From NCBI GenBank assembly GCA_039801225.1, contig JBDRUH010000003.1, positions 1 to 57,244 of the forward strand: a stretch of 57,244 nucleotides of DNA. Direction: 5' to 3'. The notes beneath the pieces were generated by a model. The model was not told the origin of the DNA. It saw only the letters and a program-made list of their open reading frames with translations, and ran no database searches. The translations under genes were made by a program, and so were the position numbers. The stretch is from a candidate division WOR-3 bacterium (GTDB lineage Bacteria; Hydrothermota; Tepidihabitantia; Tepidihabitantales; Tepidihabitantaceae). This document shows, piece by piece, positions 51,620 through 57,244 of the stretch. Within the stretch, counting starts at the first letter, position 1. The number at the start of each line of letters is the position of its first letter.

Positions 51620-53764
51620 ATGCGTAAAATGTTTATAGTTTTTTTGGGTTTGAGCGCTCTGCTCTGGGCAAGTCCAAGTGATAACAATACTGTTACTATA
51701 CAGCCACAAAAGAGTAGCGAATCGTCCGCGGTCTATCCTCTGCTTGTAACCGCACTTCCTTTTAGCATCACCATTCCTAAAATCCTTTCATATCAGGGCA
51801 AACTGACCGATGCCTCGGGGAATCCAGTTCCTGACACAACCCATCAGATCACCTTCCGGCTTTATACCCAAGAAACTGGTGGCACCCCCTTCTGGAGTGA
51901 AACACAGGTGGTAACACCTAAAAATGGGTTGTTCTCAGTTCTTTTAGGCTCGATTACACCCATTCCCTCAGTCCCTGATAATGGTCAACTTTATCTAGCA
52001 ATGGCAATAGAAGGAACCGAACTGTCGCCAAGATTAAGAATCGGTGCCGCAGCCTACGCCTTTCTTACTGAACGGGCAGCAAATGCCGACAGCGCCCAGG
52101 TGGCAAATAACGCCCATCGTCTGGAAAATAACGCCCTAACTGACTTAGACAACCGTTATGTAAATACTAACGAAGCAAACTCAGTTACATCAGCGATGAT
52201 TATTGATGGCACAGTTGTGCGTGCTGATGTAGTCGGTAATTTTAAGGCGCCCTATGCCGATACCGCCGATTACGCCAAGGTAGCACCTGCTGTTGACAGC
52301 GCTAATGTTTCGGCAAACAGCCATCAATTACAAGGAAAAGACACCCTCGGGTTAAGCACCAAGTTTGTTGACGAGGGACAACCAAACTCTATTACATCTA
52401 CGATGATTGTCAATGGCACGATAGTCCGGACTGATGTTGCAAGTAATTTTAAGGCGCCCTATGCCGACACCGCCGATTACGCCCATACCGCTCCAGCGGT
52501 GGACAGCGCCAATGTGGCGGGAAACAGCCATAAACTTCAAGGCAAGGATACCTTAGGATTAAGCGCCAAGTTTGTTGACGAAGGACAACCAAACTCTATT
52601 ACATCTACGATGATTACCAACGGCACAATCTTGGGCGCGGATATTAATCAAATGGATGCCGCCCCTGGGCAGGTGCTAAAATGGACCGTTAATGGCTGGA
52701 TGCCAAAGGATGATAGTGTTGGCGGAGACAGAGCATGGATGAGAAGCACACCTCCGGACTCGGTCATCTATACATTTAACCAGTTAGGAATTGCCCGAGG
52801 TAAGTCTGGTAATATGCTTTATGGGTTCTACAAGTATACCCATACCAACTTCGGTGTTGCCTGCACAACTGGAGCAGAAGGCTTTAATAGATACTATTGC
52901 ACGGTTGGCGGCGGGCTTCATAACATCGCCTCAGGTGAAGCCGCGGTTATTTCTGGTGGCAGTTATAACACCGCATCAGATTGGTACTCTGCGGTAAGCG
53001 GTGGAACAGGAAATGCTGCATCGGGGCGGTATTCTTATATCGGCGGCGGTTATGCTGACACCGCTGCCGGCTATGCGGCAACAATTGGTGGCGGTTACGC
53101 CAACACCGCAAAGGACTCTGCCGCAACAGTGGCTGGTGGTCGTTTCAACCTCTCTTCAGCCCCTTATGCTTGTGTTGGTGGAGGTTATGCTGACAGTGCT
53201 TCAGGTTATGCTGCCATTGTCCCTGGTGGCTGGCAAAATTCAGCAAGAGGCGCTTTCAGTTTTGCTGCCGGTAGGTATGCCCGCGCCAATCATAATGGCA
53301 GTTTTGTCTGGAGTGATTCCGCACCTTCCGCCGATGATTCGGTATACACCGAAGGCGCAAATCAGTGGCGGGTAAGAGCTCGAGGCGGGGCCTGGTTTTT
53401 CTCCAACTTGGCGATGGATGCTGGTGTGGTGCTTGAGCCAGGTTCAAACTCCTGGTCTTCAGTTTGCGACAGTCTCAATAAGGAGGATTTCCGAGAAGTT
53501 GATAAGCGTTTGCTTCTTGAGAAAATCGCCTCTCTCCGCATCAGAAACTATAAACTTCGCTCCCAGAATAACGGCACAAGGCATATCGGACCGGTAGCAC
53601 AGGATTTTTACAATGCGTTCGGCTATGGCGAAACCAATACCGCGATAAATATGGCTGACGCCGATGGAGTTCTTTTTGCTGCGATTCAGGCACTTTACGA
53701 AGAAAATCAGGAGTTACGCAAAGAATTGGCAGCGTTAAAGGTAAAGATAGAACAAATGAAGTAA
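51620..53764 (+). CDS. secreted fibre-like protein with a C-terminal tail-fibre/S74-type intramolecular-chaperone domain
   Basis: AGGAGG RBS upstream. The signal peptide is MRKMFIVFLGLSALLWA. There are 2.2 copies of a 69-aa repeat, then Gly-rich GGxxNxAxG pseudo-repeats. The C-terminal CDSLNKEDF...IGPVAQDFYNAF...LFAAIQALYEENQELRKELAALK matches the architecture of phage tail-fibre chaperone domains. Confidence 0.7.
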   Translation: MRKMFIVFLGLSALLWASPSDNNTVTIQPQKSSESSAVYPLLVTALPFSITIPKILSYQGKLTDASGNPVPDTTHQITFRLYTQETGGTPFWSETQVVTPKNGLFSVLLGSITPIPSVPDNGQLYLAMAIEGTELSPRLRIGAAAYAFLTERAANADSAQVANNAHRLENNALTDLDNRYVNTNEANSVTSAMIIDGTVVRADVVGNFKAPYADTADYAKVAPAVDSANVSANSHQLQGKDTLGLSTKFVDEGQPNSITSTMIVNGTIVRTDVASNFKAPYADTADYAHTAPAVDSANVAGNSHKLQGKDTLGLSAKFVDEGQPNSITSTMITNGTILGADINQMDAAPGQVLKWTVNGWMPKDDSVGGDRAWMRSTPPDSVIYTFNQLGIARGKSGNMLYGFYKYTHTNFGVACTTGAEGFNRYYCTVGGGLHNIASGEAAVISGGSYNTASDWYSAVSGGTGNAASGRYSYIGGGYADTAAGYAATIGGGYANTAKDSAATVAGGRFNLSSAPYACVGGGYADSASGYAAIVPGGWQNSARGAFSFAAGRYARANHNGSFVWSDSAPSADDSVYTEGANQWRVRARGGAWFFSNLAMDAGVVLEPGSNSWSSVCDSLNKEDFREVDKRLLLEKIASLRIRNYKLRSQNNGTRHIGPVAQDFYNAFGYGETNTAINMADADGVLFAAIQALYEENQELRKELAALKVKIEQMK
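52178..52640 (+). repeat. tandem 207-bp (69-aa) repeat, 2.2 copies, inside the fibre-like gene
   Basis: Units start at 52178, 52385 and 52592 (the third is partial). The repeat reads NS[VI]TS[AT]MI..GT[VI]VR.DV..NFKAPYADTADYA..APAVDSANV..NSH.LQGKDTLGLS.KFVDEGQP. Confidence 0.9.
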
Positions 53765-53791
53765 CAACGGAGGAAGCACTTAAGGGAGGCG

Positions 53792-56700
53792 TTACCGCCG
53801 GATAATAAACCGGTCGCGAAAACTTTTGGAACGGGTGACCGCTGTTCCACCATTCATCTCAGTATAATGGGCATCTATCTTGTAAAGATAAACTCCATTA
53901 GAGAGCCTATTTCCATCTTTATCCTTACCATCCCATTCCATCTGATTATAACCAAACTGGCACTCTTTAGGTCCTAAGATCCGCACGAGTCTACCAGAAA
54001 TGGTGAATATTTTTATTGAGACCCGGGCCGGACGGGAAAGAACAAATGTAAACCAGGCTGTAGATTGAACCGGATTAGGATAAACCAGGCAGTTATCCAA
54101 ACGAAGCTCCTCGCGTAGGTCAGTGACAAGATGGTAAACCGCAATCCGGCGGTTAAGGAAGTTATCCGAGGCGATTATCACTAAGGAATCCCGCTCCTTT
54201 GCTAACTCTAATGGATAACTGAAACTACCTGAAGTTGAAGAGTTTAGGTTATAACTAAAATAATCGGCCAGTTCTATCTTCTGGCTACGGTCACCTAAAT
54301 AGCAACTCAAACCATAATCTGGTTCTTTTGTCAAAAGTATGCCTCCTGGGTCGGAAACCTCACCAGTGAGATTGAACCGCTTCGTAACCCGGACAGTGTC
54401 GTTTAATTTCAGAAAAACATTTCCTGCCTTAGCAATAATTTCCGGCGGTTGACTGTCCATGGGTGACAAGGCTTCAGGACTTAGATATAAGGGTAGGGAT
54501 AAAATACTATAACCCTTCAGAACTGATGCATTCCATACCAGTCCACTTACCCGGCAGGTCTCCCTTTTTCTAATATATCTACCATTACCCACATTGACAG
54601 TATCAGGGTAGTTCACTCGCGGCACAATAAAACTGCCGGAAAGTTTACCTTCACTAAACCTGCCTAAACCCCGGAAAATCTCCAGACCAGGAAGAACATA
54701 GGTTATTCCATAACCCTCGGACTGATAAAAACGCTCCCTGTCCGCTTCGGTTGCCCGGATTTCAAAAAAACCCTCGTTTAACTGGGAATTTGCCCGCCAA
54801 GCAACTCCTCCACCAGGATAAAAGGTATCAGGAGTAACAATCGGCGGGCTATCAACTTCAGGTAGTCGCAATCTAACTGTTGGGTCGCCGAAAAGGATAT
54901 AACGGTTATAGCCCAGCCAGGCTTGATAAAACGCCGGACCAATCGGCGCATTTTTTTCTTGTAAAAGCCGCGAGAATAATGTTCGGGCAAAAGTCTCATT
55001 ACTACTGGAATAGGTGGCTTTGGATGCGCCTATACTAGCGATACAACCCTCTTCACTCCGAACCAGTTCCTCAGCAATCGCCTGATACCGGGTGTCTTCA
55101 AATCGTCCCACACCGCAGGAGCCAAAAAAGGCGAGCGGGTTTCTTCCGCCATTTTTTACCTTCGGCACATCCTCAATATTAAACGCCCGCTCATGGCAAA
55201 GTTGAAAACCAGCACCATGACCAAAGAAACACCAAAGTAAAGCGCCAAGGTTCAACTGGCGCAAAAGTTCTGCCGCCGCTTTAGGCTTTGACTTGACCGC
55301 CTCAAAAGGATACTCAGTGAGATAAACTTTAACTACATCCAGTAAATTCCCAGAAAGAGCTGCGATTCCTTCACAGCCCAGAATATGCACAAACCCCTCC
55401 CGCTTCTCCGGCTCCGGACTGCCTTTATACTCATCGTCGCCTAAGAGTAAAAATCGCTTTGCCCATAAACCCAACTCTTGAGTTTCATAACGCCTGATTT
55501 TCTCTAAAAACTGGCGGAACTCCTGAGGAGTTCTACTGGTTATTCGGGCAAGAATCATATCCGGGCTTGAACCAACCCCTTCAAAATCGGCATACCATGC
55601 CTCAAGCGCCAAGACATGTTCATTGTAAACTTCATAATCAAGGTCAAAACCTATCTGATAACTTGGCACTCCTAAAGTTTTACCTAAGCGGAGGTTATCC
55701 TTGTAATCGTAAGTCGCATCGCCAACAAAAAGTCCATACACCGGTCTTTTAGCGGCGAAAAAAGCCTTAATCGCCCCGGGCTCCTCCATTCCAAATGCAT
55801 AATCGTCATATATCTCATCTAAGGGCACAGCCTTAACCCGGGCATTAGAAATACCGGCAATATTCCCCTCCCGATGCTGGGCAAATAGCCGGGCAACCGG
55901 CAAAAACTCCCGCGGACAGATAATGTAGTAGTCCGCTCTTTCTCTTAGGGTGCGTAACCCGCCGGGATGGCGCTCTTCCAAACTCACAACTTGACGGGGA
56001 TGGCTCTCCCGCAAACAAAAGAAACTCTTTAGTCCCTGAGTCTCCATTCTGAATTTAAACTGATTTCCTTTCATCTCGCCCTCAATTATCTTCGGTTCAT
56101 ACGGGTTGGTGACATCAAAGACTAAAAGATCACTACCCGCACCACCGATGGCAAAATCCCCTGGCTCCTTGGTAAAAAACTCAAGAGACCGTTGTGTCCC
56201 GGAAAACTCCAGCCGGGTGACATAATCCACTTCAATATAGTCAAGATAAACATCACCCCTGCCTAAGAGTTCAACCCCTAAGGTATCGCTTTTAACCGTT
56301 CGGACCGCGGCAGAAAATGGTAACTGAGCAAACTCAAAATTACTGGGGGGCACTCCGCTATTTTTTGCTATAATGGACACCGTATCCAGAACCACCCCAT
56401 TTAAAGAAAGAACCACCGAATATGTCTCTCCTCCCTCCTTCTCAGTCCAGCCGTAAAACCGCACTCGGATACTTTTAATGGTATCCCGGTTGGTCAGAGT
56501 GAACTGCCGGTAAAACTTGACACTTCCTGTTCCATCATTGAGGTAACGCTCCCAGACCCAGAGGAGTCCGGAGCGCGCCGGACAGAGTAGGTCCTCCTCT
56601 ACTCTAACTCTATTTAACGCCCGGTTTATGGGATTTGCCGCCCCGGTTCCAGAAATCGCCCCTATCCGCCTACCTTCTCCTCTACCCCAGGTCAACCAGA

Positions 56701-57244
56701 AAACCCGATAATTGGTATAATAATTTGCCTGCCACTCAGTAAGCGAGTCGTTCCAACAGGAAGGCGACCGGGCATAAAAAAGAATGTAGTCCTTAGAATC
56801 AAACTTTCCATCCTCTTCACCCTTGACATAAATCGGCACCTCTACCATCGTATCGGGATAAACCCCATTAATCTGATAACGGTCGATGGTGAAAATTCTG
56901 AAGGTGCGCGGGTCAATAACTTTTGTGTCAAAACCGGCATCCTTCAACCCTTTCGGAGTTATCTGGTAAACCCCGGTGGTCTCAGTTTTAATCCGGCACC
57001 AAACAGAGTAACGAGCGAAGAAGTTAACTGAGTCGGTTGTTGACCGGGATATCTTCCATTTTACCGCATCTTTGCCATTCAAAAGGGCATCTTCTAACAC
57101 GCTATTTAGCGCATCCTCCTCCGGTATCTCTTGCGGAGACAGGGAAAAAATCATCTTCACCACCACCCGCTGATGGACTTTAATAGTTCGGGACACCGGA
57201 TTATATTGTACCGGGTTAATTCTCACCCTTGCCACCCTGACTCC
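53792..57244 (-). CDS. peptidase C25 (gingipain/PorU-like) family protein with T9SS C-terminal sorting domain, N-terminus outside the window
   Basis: The frame is open to the window edge. A propeptide-like segment is present (RINPVQYNPVSRTIKV). The catalytic His region is FFGHGAGF and the Cys region is FFGSCGVGRFED. The C-terminal Ig-like/T9SS CTD reads LVYPNPVQSTAWFTFVL...GVYLYKIDA. Confidence 0.75.
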   Translation of the reverse strand, partial: GVRVARVRINPVQYNPVSRTIKVHQRVVVKMIFSLSPQEIPEEDALNSVLEDALLNGKDAVKWKISRSTTDSVNFFARYSVWCRIKTETTGVYQITPKGLKDAGFDTKVIDPRTFRIFTIDRYQINGVYPDTMVEVPIYVKGEEDGKFDSKDYILFYARSPSCWNDSLTEWQANYYTNYRVFWLTWGRGEGRRIGAISGTGAANPINRALNRVRVEEDLLCPARSGLLWVWERYLNDGTGSVKFYRQFTLTNRDTIKSIRVRFYGWTEKEGGETYSVVLSLNGVVLDTVSIIAKNSGVPPSNFEFAQLPFSAAVRTVKSDTLGVELLGRGDVYLDYIEVDYVTRLEFSGTQRSLEFFTKEPGDFAIGGAGSDLLVFDVTNPYEPKIIEGEMKGNQFKFRMETQGLKSFFCLRESHPRQVVSLEERHPGGLRTLRERADYYIICPREFLPVARLFAQHREGNIAGISNARVKAVPLDEIYDDYAFGMEEPGAIKAFFAAKRPVYGLFVGDATYDYKDNLRLGKTLGVPSYQIGFDLDYEVYNEHVLALEAWYADFEGVGSSPDMILARITSRTPQEFRQFLEKIRRYETQELGLWAKRFLLLGDDEYKGSPEPEKREGFVHILGCEGIAALSGNLLDVVKVYLTEYPFEAVKSKPKAAAELLRQLNLGALLWCFFGHGAGFQLCHERAFNIEDVPKVKNGGRNPLAFFGSCGVGRFEDTRYQAIAEELVRSEEGCIASIGASKATYSSSNETFARTLFSRLLQEKNAPIGPAFYQAWLGYNRYILFGDPTVRLRLPEVDSPPIVTPDTFYPGGGVAWRANSQLNEGFFEIRATEADRERFYQSEGYGITYVLPGLEIFRGLGRFSEGKLSGSFIVPRVNYPDTVNVGNGRYIRKRETCRVSGLVWNASVLKGYSILSLPLYLSPEALSPMDSQPPEIIAKAGNVFLKLNDTVRVTKRFNLTGEVSDPGGILLTKEPDYGLSCYLGDRSQKIELADYFSYNLNSSTSGSFSYPLELAKERDSLVIIASDNFLNRRIAVYHLVTDLREELRLDNCLVYPNPVQSTAWFTFVLSRPARVSIKIFTISGRLVRILGPKECQFGYNQMEWDGKDKDGNRLSNGVYLYKIDAHYTEMNGGTAVTRSKSFRDRFIIRR

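Noticed and set aside
51620-53764. Prophage or diversity-generating retroelement around the tail-fibre-like gene
   Set aside because: No capsid, terminase, portal, integrase or reverse-transcriptase genes flank it; the neighbours are hsp20 and a C25 peptidase. The protein has a Sec signal peptide. The two repeat units are both inside the ORF rather than forming a TR/VR pair.

Overview
Dense chromosomal window with about 59 credible CDS. I found no rRNA, tRNA or CRISPR array. The source looks like an uncultivated, probably anaerobic bacterium of the FCB-type lineages, based on T9SS C-terminal sorting domains, a C25 peptidase, BamD and NfnAB. That placement is inference only; GC content was not computed.

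Most of the window is housekeeping:
- Metabolism and cell wall: class V aminotransferase, CDF transporter, nfnAB, ddl, divIVA, PNP, bamD, nadD.
- Translation and secretion: yajC, def-fmt-(PASTA-only protein)-rpe-ffh, and xerC.
- Cell shape: rlmN, then mreB-mreC-mreD-mrdA-rodA.
- Ribosomal and adjacent genes: rpsM-rpsK-rpsD-rpoA-rplQ-panD, rsfS, ptsN-like EIIA, hisJ-like PHP phosphatase, ridA.
- A long minus-strand operon: rpsP-KH-trmD-rplS-rnhB-yraN-comM, followed by a nucleotide-sugar dehydrogenase.

Accessory or uncharacterised content:
- A translationally coupled four-gene membrane-protein operon (19441-22727). This is my best candidate for an undescribed system.
- A giant DUF4175-like coiled-coil membrane protein coupled to a TPR protein.
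- A small islet holding hicBA and a DUF362 protein with a T9SS sorting domain.
- Two putative outer-membrane hypotheticals.
- An hsp20 / signal-peptide 'tail-fibre' protein / C25 (PorU- or gingipain-like) peptidase cluster at the 3' end.

The most unusual sequence-level signal is a repeat system in three parts:
- Many short tandem arrays with strict 7-nt periodicity (CGGCTGT, TTTTGGC, AACGGCA, GCATTTC, GTTCTTA and others). These lie between genes and are also read through in frame inside essential genes: rpe, xerC, mreD, the mrdA N-tail, the bamD signal peptide, and the rnhB and trmD tails.
- A roughly 150-bp MITE-like element in three copies.
- Three GC-rich modular repeat islands that generate spurious ORFs.

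All functional calls come from motif recognition in the supplied translations. No database search was possible.
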